Source: an uncultured virus (IMG/VR IMGVR_UViG_3300025120_000026) (Duplodnaviria > Heunggongvirae > Uroviricota > Caudoviricetes). Taken from it: a DNA stretch of 64,000 nucleotides. Below the pieces are notes generated by a model. The model ran no database searches. It saw nothing but the letters and a program-made list of their open reading frames with translations, and had not been told where the DNA came from. Shown here one piece after another: positions 10,640 through 19,616 of this stretch (its first letter is position 1; each line of letters opens with the position of its first letter). The DNA is taken from IMG/VR virus record IMGVR_UViG_3300025120_000026. One strand, given 5' to 3'. The translations under genes and the position numbers were made by a program.

Positions 10640-12949
10640 ATGAGTTGGGAAGATATTCTTAAGGTTAAAGATAAAACCAAACGGCCTTGGAATACAAAAG
10701 AAGCATTTGATAGAAACAATCCTAAAGTTGTAGAAGCAAGAGAGGAAATAAAAAGTTTAGAAGAAAAATTGAAAGATAAAAACTTATCTGAAGATAAGAA
10801 AAAAGAATTAAATAGACAATTAAAGTTAGCACAGAAGGTAGTGGGTTTTCCAATGATAAATCCTGAGTGGAGGCGTCCGAAACTGGGCTTAGAAAGTAAA
10901 AATCCAGCATATTCTAATCCTTCTAAGAATAATATAAATTTAGATGTACAACCTCCTAAGAAAGATAAAAAGGATAAGAAAGAAACAAAGGTAGAATCAT
11001 CTAAAGGAGGTATGACAATGGAAGATTTGTTTTCGGCTCAAGAACAAAAAGACTTGGAGGAAGGATTAGGTGATTTAGATGATTTATTACATGACGATAT
11101 TATAAAAATGTTTAACGCAAGAAGAAAAAACTTTTCAGTAAAATATACCGAAAACGACCTAGAAGAATCTGCATTATATTTAAGTTTCATAGCACGTTCT
11201 GATATAAATTTGGTAGATGATAAATTATTACAAAATAAAGAAAGTAGTAAATATAAAGAAATGCAAGATAAGATAAAAGATATTAAAAATGAATATAAAA
11301 AATTAGAAGAAGAATTAGAAGATAAAAAATATAAGCGAAAAAATTTATCTAAAAAAATAATACAAGAAAAGAAAAAGAAAGAAATTTCTTTGAAAAGAAC
11401 AAAAGAAGCAATAGAAAACTATGAAAACTCCATTAAGGATTATGGAGGAAAAATAGAATACTCAATAAACGGGGAGGTGGTAGATGTGGTAGACCGTAGC
11501 ACTAAATCGTTAACAAAAGGACAATTAAAAATGTTAGACGAAATATTTTCAAATGTAGTATATCAAATTGAAAGTGATGATGTTGATACTAATAGAAAAA
11601 ACCGTCAGCAAGATGAAGATAACTTTAGGAAAAGAAGAGATGGCGTACTTCTAATATTAGATAAAATAGATGGAAGCATACAAAACTGGGAATTTGTTGA
11701 GAAATTTAAAAGTAATAAATATCTAGATACTCCAAATAATGCACTACGTACAATTAAAAATATGTTATTAGAATTATCTAAAGATACTAATGTTCCTAAA
11801 AGTATGATTAATGAATCATTATTAATAAGAATGCTAACAAGGTGGAAAAATCAAAAGTCAGGAGATATAAGTTTAATTCGTGAAGCGGAAAAGGCTGGAT
11901 TTTTCTCTCCTAAGACTACCGAAGAATATGAACAAGCACTATATAATGGAAAGCGTGGCAATTTAGAATATCGCAATAATGCATTTATTCGCTTTCAAGA
12001 CGGGGCAAAGTGGGATGAAAAAGATGAAACATGGATAATACAAGGAAGAAAAACAGAAGAAAATCCTGATGGTAAAGAAAGTGGATTTAGAATGTATGGC
12101 ACTGGTCTGAAAAAAGATGCAAGAAAATTGTATGAGGAAATTAGAGAACATCGTAATCAACCTGTTAATATATCAGGTGATTTTTCTGATAATTCAGATA
12201 AAAGAGGCAAAGCAAAAAAAGAGAATGAATTTAGTATATTTCAAGAGTTCTTTCAAAATATAAAAGATGCTAAAGAAGCAACTACTGTAGAGCCTAATTT
12301 AGAAGCAGAATATAATCTCACTACAGAAGAGGGAGTAGATGCCCATTTTAACACAGATGTAGATGTTTTTGTTAAAAAATTCTTTAAAACACTATACCCC
12401 GTATTAAAATCATACAGAACATTAGAGCGTATAGAACAAATAGATTTTACTAAGATAGATGAGGAAGATAAGGCTACAGGAAAACTTACTCCTAAGGCTA
12501 AGATTACTAGAGAAAAACATAAGGAAATGATAATGGATGCTCAAATATATGGAGAGAAAACTCAAGAGGGACTCATTGAAGAATTAGAGTTTTTATATCA
12601 AACTTTAGATTTATTAGGACATAGTGCGGTACTATCAAGTAAGTCTTCATTTAAAGAATTACAAAAATGGGATTTCAACAAGTTTGATTTATTCACCACA
12701 GAAGAACAAAGAATAATTGACGAAGAACTTTATGGAAAACCACAAACGGCGGAAGTAGAAAGAACAATTAAAAAATATTTACAATTTGACCCCAATAGAA
12801 AGAACTCAAATTTAACAAAATTATACAATGAATATAAAAATAGAAAGGAAGAGTATGTCGAAGATGAGACTGTAACAAAATCAATGAAGATAGCAAAGGC
12901 TTTAAGAAGAATTAATCGTAAGAAAACTATGTTAGAGGGTCTACTATGA
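10640..12949 (+). CDS. Large hypothetical coiled-coil-rich protein starting MSWEDILK; candidate internal head protein
   Basis: AGGTGA RBS then ATG at 10640; long K/E-rich ORF. Confidence 0.8.
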   Translation: MSWEDILKVKDKTKRPWNTKEAFDRNNPKVVEAREEIKSLEEKLKDKNLSEDKKKELNRQLKLAQKVVGFPMINPEWRRPKLGLESKNPAYSNPSKNNINLDVQPPKKDKKDKKETKVESSKGGMTMEDLFSAQEQKDLEEGLGDLDDLLHDDIIKMFNARRKNFSVKYTENDLEESALYLSFIARSDINLVDDKLLQNKESSKYKEMQDKIKDIKNEYKKLEEELEDKKYKRKNLSKKIIQEKKKKEISLKRTKEAIENYENSIKDYGGKIEYSINGEVVDVVDRSTKSLTKGQLKMLDEIFSNVVYQIESDDVDTNRKNRQQDEDNFRKRRDGVLLILDKIDGSIQNWEFVEKFKSNKYLDTPNNALRTIKNMLLELSKDTNVPKSMINESLLIRMLTRWKNQKSGDISLIREAEKAGFFSPKTTEEYEQALYNGKRGNLEYRNNAFIRFQDGAKWDEKDETWIIQGRKTEENPDGKESGFRMYGTGLKKDARKLYEEIREHRNQPVNISGDFSDNSDKRGKAKKENEFSIFQEFFQNIKDAKEATTVEPNLEAEYNLTTEEGVDAHFNTDVDVFVKKFFKTLYPVLKSYRTLERIEQIDFTKIDEEDKATGKLTPKAKITREKHKEMIMDAQIYGEKTQEGLIEELEFLYQTLDLLGHSAVLSSKSSFKELQKWDFNKFDLFTTEEQRIIDEELYGKPQTAEVERTIKKYLQFDPNRKNSNLTKLYNEYKNRKEEYVEDETVTKSMKIAKALRRINRKKTMLEGLL

Positions 12950-13302
12950 GTTGGGAAGATATTCTAAAAGATGATAAGACATCTCTATTTAGCCTCTCTG
13001 ATGCTATAGGTAAGACTAATTCTAAACAAAAAAAGAAACTTAAAAAAGTTTTACAGGCTAGTGAACCTACAGAATTTTTTGGTCAAGAAATGACTAAACT
13101 TACAGAACTTATAGATGAGTTAAAAGGTGTAGATGTAATTAAAACAGATAAAAAATTAAATAAAGAAATGAAAAAATTTGAAGAAGCAAATTTAGATATA
13201 GTGGCTACGGCTTCTAAATTAAGAAAGGAATATGAAACATTATATAATCAACTACGTGGATTAGTCTATCCTAAAAGTAAAGGCAAGTTAGGAGATAAAT
13301 AA
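12946..13302 (+). CDS. Hypothetical helical protein (118 aa) starting MSWEDILK
   Basis: ATGA overlap with the upstream gene; first 20 nt identical to those at 10640. Confidence 0.8.
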   Translation: MSWEDILKDDKTSLFSLSDAIGKTNSKQKKKLKKVLQASEPTEFFGQEMTKLTELIDELKGVDVIKTDKKLNKEMKKFEEANLDIVATASKLRKEYETLYNQLRGLVYPKSKGKLGDK

Positions 13303-13303
13303 T

Positions 13304-13399
13304 ATGGAAGAAATAAATTGGAAACAATATTTACGTGAAGAAGTTCGGGAATGTTTTAAGACTATAGCAGAGGATGAAGCGGTAGGTGGTTACTATTAG
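13304..13399 (+). CDS. 31-aa micro-ORF MEEINWKQYLREEVRECFKTIAEDEAVGGYY (not in ORF track)
   Basis: AGGAG RBS upstream, starts 1 nt after the previous stop, fills the gap. Confidence 0.5.
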   Translation: MEEINWKQYLREEVRECFKTIAEDEAVGGYY

Positions 13400-13616
13400 C
13401 GAAGGTTCAGATGAAATTTTATTGCTATTAAAAGAATTAGTTACTAAAGTAAAAACTTTAGAAAACGCAGTTTATAATAAAGATAATATTTTAATGAAAT
13501 CAGGATTTGTTGTTGTAGATAGTCCTACTCCTTCTATGAAGAATGAACACACTACTACTGACATTTCTAAAATGGATTGGTCACAAATTCATGAAACTAT
13601 AAATAAATTAGGATGA
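13386..13616 (+). CDS. Small coiled-coil protein ending MDWSQIHETINKLG; start possibly ATT at 13395
   Basis: Open frame; the annotated GTG is part of an AGGTGG RBS. Confidence 0.7.
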   Translation: MVTISEGSDEILLLLKELVTKVKTLENAVYNKDNILMKSGFVVVDSPTPSMKNEHTTTDISKMDWSQIHETINKLG

Positions 13617-13622
13617 GTAAAT

Positions 13623-13886
13623 ATGCCGGAAAAAATAACTAAAGAAGAAAAAGTAGCAGAGATTGCTATTGAACATGCTAAAAAATTATTAGAAGTAGTC
13701 AAGGCTAAAAAGGAAGATTCAGTAGTTGATGTTGAAGTTAATGAATTAGGAAAGTTAGATGACCTTGACCATTTAGGTGAAGAAGAAAAGGTAAAACGAC
13801 CTACCAAAAAACCTAAAGAAGAAAAAATAGATATTTCTACAGATGCCAATGATGGATACATTGGTGATAAACCCTACTTTGGTTGA
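13623..13886 (+). CDS. Hypothetical acidic protein (87 aa)
   Basis: ORF in the coupled head-gene series. Confidence 0.65.
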   Translation: MPEKITKEEKVAEIAIEHAKKLLEVVKAKKEDSVVDVEVNELGKLDDLDHLGEEEKVKRPTKKPKEEKIDISTDANDGYIGDKPYFG

Positions 13887-13900
13887 TACAGTGATGTTAA

Positions 13901-16522
13901 ATGCCACAGACAGGAATAAGTTTTGAAAAAGAAACTAGCGATTTATCTAAAAGAGTATTAGATTTTTTTGAAAGAGTTAGATATTCCTTTTTGTCCGCTA
14001 AGGAAAACCCCAAAGAATATGGGTCTAAATGGAAGTCAACAGTAGAAGAGATACAAGATACCTTCGATTCATTAGATGATTTTGCTAAAGAACTCAAAAA
14101 ATATTTAGAAGAAAAAGACGCTTTTGCTGATGATGCAAAAGACCCTACATCTACTACTGCACAAAGGATTTATGATAACATTAAAGAAATGAGATTTAAA
14201 TCTAAATCTGTTGATGACCCATTTTCTAAAATATTAGGAGATGAGGTTATTGAAGTCTTTTTAGAAAAAACAAATATATTAGTTGCTTTTATACACTATG
14301 CAATTCGTTCTCATAGTAATGCATTACCAAAAAAAGTATGGTTAGAAAATGATATGAAACCGGATGAAATAACTCAGGGTTCTATGGGATTAGATTTAGA
14401 AATAGATGATTTAGAATTATATATTAAAGAACATTATGGTGATGGTAAAGACACTAAGAGAATATCTAGTAAAATTAAAGGGGCAATTAATATTTTAGAA
14501 AACATGTTTGTAGAAAAATATGGTGAGGATAGGTGGGAAGATATAGAAGAAGTAGATGTTGGTTCTAGTCTTAAGAAGGCGGAAACCAAAAGTGAAGAAC
14601 AAAAATCTGCTATAGATTTTATAATTCCTAATAAGCCAATGTTTAGAATTTTTGAAATAGATGATTTAAAAGAAATACGTGGACTTAGTGGTGAGTTTAT
14701 CGTGCAAGAAAAGTATGATGGTATGAGAATACAAATACATAAAATAGATAATAATGTTAAAATTTACTCATATAATAAAATAGATATTACTGATAAATGT
14801 CCCGAACAAGTAGAGGAAATGAAAAAGAAACATTTTGGTGATTGTATATTAGATGCAGAACTTATGTTATTTTTAGAAGATGAACCATTACACAGAGCAG
14901 ATACTATTACTCATGTTTTTAAATTAAAAGATGAAAAGAAAAAAGGAATTTTAAGAGCGCATGTTTTTGACATAATGAAACATGAAGGTAAATCTATTAT
15001 GGAAGAATCCTTAAGAGAAAGAATTAATATTTTATTATATCAATACTCACAACATTCTTCAGAAATGTTAGCATTCCCATCTAAGAAAGATACTCGCATG
15101 GCTGATTCTATAAAGGAAGTAGAAGAATATTCTAAAGAAATTATGAAACTTCCTGCCTCAGAAGGAGTTGTAATAAAAGATATAGAATCAACGTATTATC
15201 GTGGTATATCACAAAACCCTAAATGGATTAAATGGAAAAAATTTGTAGACTTAGATGTTGTTGTTTTGAAAGATAGAAAAACATCTAGTGGCCTACATTC
15301 CTACACAATGGGTATCGGCCCTGTACCTGCTTCAGTAGTTAGAGAATATGAAACTGTAGAATTTGAAGATAAGGAATATTTAGAAGTAGGTAAAGCATTG
15401 AATACTAAAACTAATGTAAAAGTTGGAGGAATTATTAGAGTCAAGGTAGATGAAGTTAAAAAGAAAGGTAAATCTTTTAGTTTATATTCTGCTAAAGTAA
15501 TTGAAGTTCCTGAAGTTTTAGTTTCAGATACTTTAGAAACATTAGAACACTTAGCAACTAAAACTAAAAAATCTTTAGAATCTGCTTTAGATTTCTTAGG
15601 GGAGTCTGTATTAAGAACACCTTATAAAATTATGAGTGGTGTTGGTGAGAAACAAAATAATGTTAAGAAAGCATATTATGTTACAGATAATATACACGGT
15701 ACTGCTGAAATTATATTAAAAGAAGATTTAGATGGGTTTACAATTTACGGATTTGAAGGAGATAACTTAATGCAAAAGAATGCATTATATGATATTGACA
15801 TATGGAAAGAACAGTTGTCTGAGATAATTAAAACAAAAAGGTCAGATTTGAGAATAGGAATTAAAAATGAAATATTAGAATCAGGAAGACCTAAAGTAAA
15901 TTTTGAAAGTATAGTAGAGTTTGTTAAAGAACATTATCCTGAAACATACTTAGATGTATTTGATAATAAAGAAGATAAATTAATGAGTTGGATGAAAACT
16001 GAAGGAGATGTTAGTTTTATTTACCATCATCCAAATAAATTTAGTGTGCAAACAGATGAAGTTACTAAAGATGTAGAGACATTAAAAAAAGAAGATAGAA
16101 CAGGTAAATTTGTTATTAAACGTAGAGAAGATGAAAATATAGATTTTATTATAGAATATAAAGATAAAAGAAATGCGTGGACTATTGAAATAGATGATAC
16201 TGAAGATATATTTAATTTATTTGGTAAATCAGGGAAATATCCTGCTATTGTTTCAGAATCTTTAGGAGATGGAAAAACCTTAGATTCAGGTAGTATTACT
16301 CTTGGAGTACAAAAGCAAGGATATCATGAATATAAATTAGAAGGAGATAAGTTTGATACTAGAATTCATATTAGAGTTTTACCTATAGATGAAAAGAAAA
16401 CATGGCTTGCATGGACTGGTAAAAAACAAGATATGTTACCTTTAGATGAAGATGAAAATTTATGGGATATTACCAAAGATAAATATGCAGATTTAGAATT
16501 TCCAAAAGAAAATAGCACTTAA
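13901..16522 (+). CDS. lig: ATP-dependent DNA ligase with N-terminal extension and C-terminal degenerate LigD phosphoesterase-like domain
   Basis: Motif I QEKYDG, III ILDAEL, IIIa HVFDI, IV EGVVIK, V WIKWK, then an OB fold. Confidence 0.9.
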   Translation: MPQTGISFEKETSDLSKRVLDFFERVRYSFLSAKENPKEYGSKWKSTVEEIQDTFDSLDDFAKELKKYLEEKDAFADDAKDPTSTTAQRIYDNIKEMRFKSKSVDDPFSKILGDEVIEVFLEKTNILVAFIHYAIRSHSNALPKKVWLENDMKPDEITQGSMGLDLEIDDLELYIKEHYGDGKDTKRISSKIKGAINILENMFVEKYGEDRWEDIEEVDVGSSLKKAETKSEEQKSAIDFIIPNKPMFRIFEIDDLKEIRGLSGEFIVQEKYDGMRIQIHKIDNNVKIYSYNKIDITDKCPEQVEEMKKKHFGDCILDAELMLFLEDEPLHRADTITHVFKLKDEKKKGILRAHVFDIMKHEGKSIMEESLRERINILLYQYSQHSSEMLAFPSKKDTRMADSIKEVEEYSKEIMKLPASEGVVIKDIESTYYRGISQNPKWIKWKKFVDLDVVVLKDRKTSSGLHSYTMGIGPVPASVVREYETVEFEDKEYLEVGKALNTKTNVKVGGIIRVKVDEVKKKGKSFSLYSAKVIEVPEVLVSDTLETLEHLATKTKKSLESALDFLGESVLRTPYKIMSGVGEKQNNVKKAYYVTDNIHGTAEIILKEDLDGFTIYGFEGDNLMQKNALYDIDIWKEQLSEIIKTKRSDLRIGIKNEILESGRPKVNFESIVEFVKEHYPETYLDVFDNKEDKLMSWMKTEGDVSFIYHHPNKFSVQTDEVTKDVETLKKEDRTGKFVIKRREDENIDFIIEYKDKRNAWTIEIDDTEDIFNLFGKSGKYPAIVSESLGDGKTLDSGSITLGVQKQGYHEYKLEGDKFDTRIHIRVLPIDEKKTWLAWTGKKQDMLPLDEDENLWDITKDKYADLEFPKENST

Positions 16523-16531
16523 CTTATATAG
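16521..16531 (+). promoter_or_regulatory. Candidate archaeal TATA box (TTATATAG) for the protease-capsid transcript
   Basis: TATA-like element ~25-30 nt upstream of the in-frame GTG 16554 / ATG 16563 of the protease gene, which lacks a clear RBS. Confidence 0.45.
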
Positions 16532-16547
16532 TAAGAGTTTAGAATGA

Positions 16548-17768
16548 TTGTTTGTGCCAGCAATGCAGATGCTAATGAAAGAGGATAGTTCCTCCGGTAG
16601 TTTTAGCATTTTAAAATCAGATGATTTAGTAATTGGTGGATATGCTTCTATAGAAGTTGTAGACAAACAAAATGATTTAATTACTTTAGATGCATTAAAT
16701 GATGCAGTTGCTAAATATATGGTAGAAAAGAAATATAGAAATGTAATGTCAAACCATTCCAATGTTCAAGTTGGAGAAGTAATTGAAAATTATAGAGATA
16801 AAAATGGAACATTACATAAGACTCAAGTAGATAATGTTGGATTCTATGTAGTTATTAAATTACGAGATGATATAGAAAAGGCAAAAGAAATTTCAAGAGG
16901 TATTAGAAAAGGAACATTACGCTCCTTTAGTATTGGTGGACAAGCAATATCAAAGCGTAGTAAAAAATCAGATGAGTTAGGTCAATACAATGAAATTGAC
17001 AAGTTAGAGTTACATGAAGTAACTATATGTGAAAAAGGGATAAATCCCGAAGCAAGATTCGACATTTTAAAAATGGATAAAAATGGAGAAAAAGGAGGAA
17101 AAAAAATGAGTGATAAACTTGAAAAAGCCCTTGATGAACTAAACGACTTGATGAAACAAGTCAGTGATGTTCACAAGGAAGACGAAACGAAAGATGAAGA
17201 AACGAAAGGTGACATGAGTTACATGGATACAGACGATGAAGACCCTGAAAACCTAGAAAGGGGAGAAGATGAAATGGATGATGGAGAAGGTAAATCATTA
17301 GACATGGATTTACAACACTCTGAAGCAGGTGAAGAAGTAGTAAGTGGTGGAAACCCAGTTGCAACTCCAGCACCTCTTAAAGTATCTAAAGGATTAAAAG
17401 ATTCTGATTTTAGTACTCTAAACTTAACTCACGAAAACGTAGAGAAAGCATATGAAGCCTACAAAGCAGAAAAAATGGAAAAGATGGCATATGAGTCTCT
17501 AAGTACTGACTTTGAAGCAAGACTACAAAGTGAATTAGCAGTTAGGAAATCTAACGCAGAAAGAGAAGAATATGATGCTCTTGCTGAAGTAAATGCATTA
17601 AAGAATGAATTTGCAGAACTACGCAAATCATTAACTACACAGCACAATGAAGTACGCAAAGCACAAGAAGTTGCTATGTCACTACCTGAAGGATTCCCAA
17701 CAACATTATCAGCAGTAGCAGATATGTCTTGGGGAGATATACACACATTAGTTGGAAGGAGAGATTAA
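16548..17768 (+). CDS. Prohead protease (HK97/S78-like) fused to scaffold domain; exact start uncertain (16548/16554/16563)
   Basis: IGGYAS..VDKQND, catalytic-type His in SNHSN, Ser in RSFSIGG, LHEVTIC..GINPEA; acidic coiled-coil C-terminal half; directly upstream of the capsid gene. Confidence 0.9.
   Translation: MFVPAMQMLMKEDSSSGSFSILKSDDLVIGGYASIEVVDKQNDLITLDALNDAVAKYMVEKKYRNVMSNHSNVQVGEVIENYRDKNGTLHKTQVDNVGFYVVIKLRDDIEKAKEISRGIRKGTLRSFSIGGQAISKRSKKSDELGQYNEIDKLELHEVTICEKGINPEARFDILKMDKNGEKGGKKMSDKLEKALDELNDLMKQVSDVHKEDETKDEETKGDMSYMDTDDEDPENLERGEDEMDDGEGKSLDMDLQHSEAGEEVVSGGNPVATPAPLKVSKGLKDSDFSTLNLTHENVEKAYEAYKAEKMEKMAYESLSTDFEARLQSELAVRKSNAEREEYDALAEVNALKNEFAELRKSLTTQHNEVRKAQEVAMSLPEGFPTTLSAVADMSWGDIHTLVGRRD
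17106..17768 (+). CDS. Putative nested in-frame scaffold protein (220 aa, MSDKLEKALDEL...)
   Basis: Strong AAAGGAGG RBS 7 nt before the in-frame ATG 17106, just after the protease domain. Confidence 0.6.
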   Translation: MSDKLEKALDELNDLMKQVSDVHKEDETKDEETKGDMSYMDTDDEDPENLERGEDEMDDGEGKSLDMDLQHSEAGEEVVSGGNPVATPAPLKVSKGLKDSDFSTLNLTHENVEKAYEAYKAEKMEKMAYESLSTDFEARLQSELAVRKSNAEREEYDALAEVNALKNEFAELRKSLTTQHNEVRKAQEVAMSLPEGFPTTLSAVADMSWGDIHTLVGRRD

Positions 17769-17770
17769 GA

Positions 17771-19159
17771 ATGACATACATAAATACAATACGAGATTTG
17801 GAAGCAAGCACATATGGGATGGCCGGAGCATCAGGTAACGCACTACTAAAAAGTAGTGGAGTTGTTGGTGGTTTTGGTACTGCTCACGGAGCGGCTGATG
17901 TAGCATCATTAAACGGTAACTCACTCAACATTGGTGATTTATATAACGTTCTTTATGGACAAAAAGTTTGGTCAATGTTAAATCAAGAAGTTAACGCTTT
18001 GTCTATGATAGCAAAGAGGCCATACACATCTAGCGGTTGGAGAATATTAAAATCCCGACCTACTGGTGGTTCAGGTGCGGCTTTTGAAGTAGGCTCTACT
18101 GAGGTTGCAGAAAATGTTACTGATTTATCTACACCTAGAGCAGACCAAATTGGTGGAGTAGAAGAAAACGCAACATTAGGTGGAGCAAATGGATTCAGAG
18201 CATTGTCTCCTGAATACACTAAACTATTTACAAGCCCTAAAACAATAGCACATTTGTTTGAGTTCTCAGAACTTGGAATGGAAATGGCCGCTATTGATGA
18301 TGGTGTTGGAGATATACGTGCAATCGTTAGAGAAGATATGGGTAAGCATCACGCTGAAACTCAAAGTAAGATGTTACTAATGCCTCTAGAAAGATACAAT
18401 GATGGAACAGCACTTAACATGAACAGAAATTATACTTCTTTAATGAAGATAGTTTCTTCTGCCGCAGAAATTGCGGCTATGGCTAATGCTGATTTAACTG
18501 ATATGGGTGCGACAGGCAATTCTACTATGGCTGGATTAGACCATTTGATTAATTTATATGGTACAACTGCGGCTGATGGTAGAATAGTTACAGTTAGTGG
18601 TTCTACTTATTCAGCAGGGGCTTCATCTTTCATGGATGCTGAAGTTGACTTTGGTGCAAGTTATGCCGGAGGAAGGGTATTAACTCTAACATTGATAAAC
18701 GACATGCTAAGAAAGATACGCCAAAATGGTGGAAATCCAAAAGTTATGTTAACTGGATATGATACTATACAACATATTTCTGACTTATTACAAAGTCAAG
18801 AGAGATTTATGGATAGGAAAGAAATTGTTCCTACACATAACGGTGTTCGTGGAGTTAAGGGTTCAGAAGTTGGTTTCAGAGTTGCAACATACTATGACAT
18901 ACCAATCATTCCATCAAAGGATATGCCTAATACTGGAAAAGAAACTGCTAACCCACTAAGTGATATATTGTTCTTAGACACTGACCATTTGTGGCTAGCG
19001 GTTATGAAACCTACACAATACTTCGAGGATGGAATTTCAAACGGAAATCCATTCGGAGTTGGTAAACTTGGTAATCAAGGAATGTACCGTACTATGGGAG
19101 AGACATGTTGTTCTTTCTTCAAAGGTCAAGGTAAGATTACTAACTTGAAGAGTGCGTGA
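17771..19159 (+). CDS. Major capsid protein (HK97 fold inferred)
   Basis: Follows protease/scaffold; ~460 aa; GGAG RBS before ATG 17771 (track TTG 17729 unlikely); P-domain-like segments GGNPKVMLT and YYDIPIIPS. Confidence 0.85.
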   Translation: MTYINTIRDLEASTYGMAGASGNALLKSSGVVGGFGTAHGAADVASLNGNSLNIGDLYNVLYGQKVWSMLNQEVNALSMIAKRPYTSSGWRILKSRPTGGSGAAFEVGSTEVAENVTDLSTPRADQIGGVEENATLGGANGFRALSPEYTKLFTSPKTIAHLFEFSELGMEMAAIDDGVGDIRAIVREDMGKHHAETQSKMLLMPLERYNDGTALNMNRNYTSLMKIVSSAAEIAAMANADLTDMGATGNSTMAGLDHLINLYGTTAADGRIVTVSGSTYSAGASSFMDAEVDFGASYAGGRVLTLTLINDMLRKIRQNGGNPKVMLTGYDTIQHISDLLQSQERFMDRKEIVPTHNGVRGVKGSEVGFRVATYYDIPIIPSKDMPNTGKETANPLSDILFLDTDHLWLAVMKPTQYFEDGISNGNPFGVGKLGNQGMYRTMGETCCSFFKGQGKITNLKSA

Positions 19160-19171
19160 GGTGAATAATTA

Positions 19172-19528
19172 ATGGGACATAGTGTAACATTATTAGAAGA
19201 CCACAAAGGTATGACTACTCCTAAAGTATCAGGAGATGAATACTATGTTGATGCAGTAATTGATATTGATTCTTATACTGCTAATGGAGAAACTATTCTT
19301 GGTTCTTCATTAGGGTTAAGTAGAATTAATGCGGTTATTGTGACAGGTCTTTCAACAGACACAATTGCGGGTGGCTATTCTGTATCAGCAATTAGTGCTG
19401 AAACAGGAGCAGGTGCAGCAATTGGTGGAAAGTACCTTTCGGGGTCTTCTTTTCAGATGAATGTACCTGCGGCTTCTAACACCGATAACATTGGCGAAAT
19501 AAGAGTCCGTGTTTACGGATTAATTTGA
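19172..19528 (+). CDS. Small beta-rich virion protein, probable capsid decoration/cement protein
   Basis: GAGGTGA RBS; directly after MCP and before a strong hairpin. Confidence 0.55.
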   Translation: MGHSVTLLEDHKGMTTPKVSGDEYYVDAVIDIDSYTANGETILGSSLGLSRINAVIVTGLSTDTIAGGYSVSAISAETGAGAAIGGKYLSGSSFQMNVPAASNTDNIGEIRVRVYGLI

Positions 19529-19552
19529 GTGTAAAGTGTAAAACGTAAAATA

Positions 19553-19591
19553 GTAGTCGTTGCTCCCTCTCAATCAGGGAGCAATGGCTAC
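19553..19591 (+). terminator. Strong RNA hairpin (16-bp stem, two G-U pairs, 7-nt loop); terminator or mRNA stability element
   Basis: GTAGTCGTTGCTCCCT-ctcaatc-AGGGAGCAATGGCTAC in a rare intergenic gap; no U-tract follows. Confidence 0.6.
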
Positions 19592-19616
19592 CTATCTAAA
19601 TAAGGAGATATAAACA

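Noticed and set aside
19529..19616. tRNA or other known ncRNA in intergenic gaps
   Set aside because: Only a single hairpin here; no cloverleaf or T-loop consensus found in this gap or in 54810-55023
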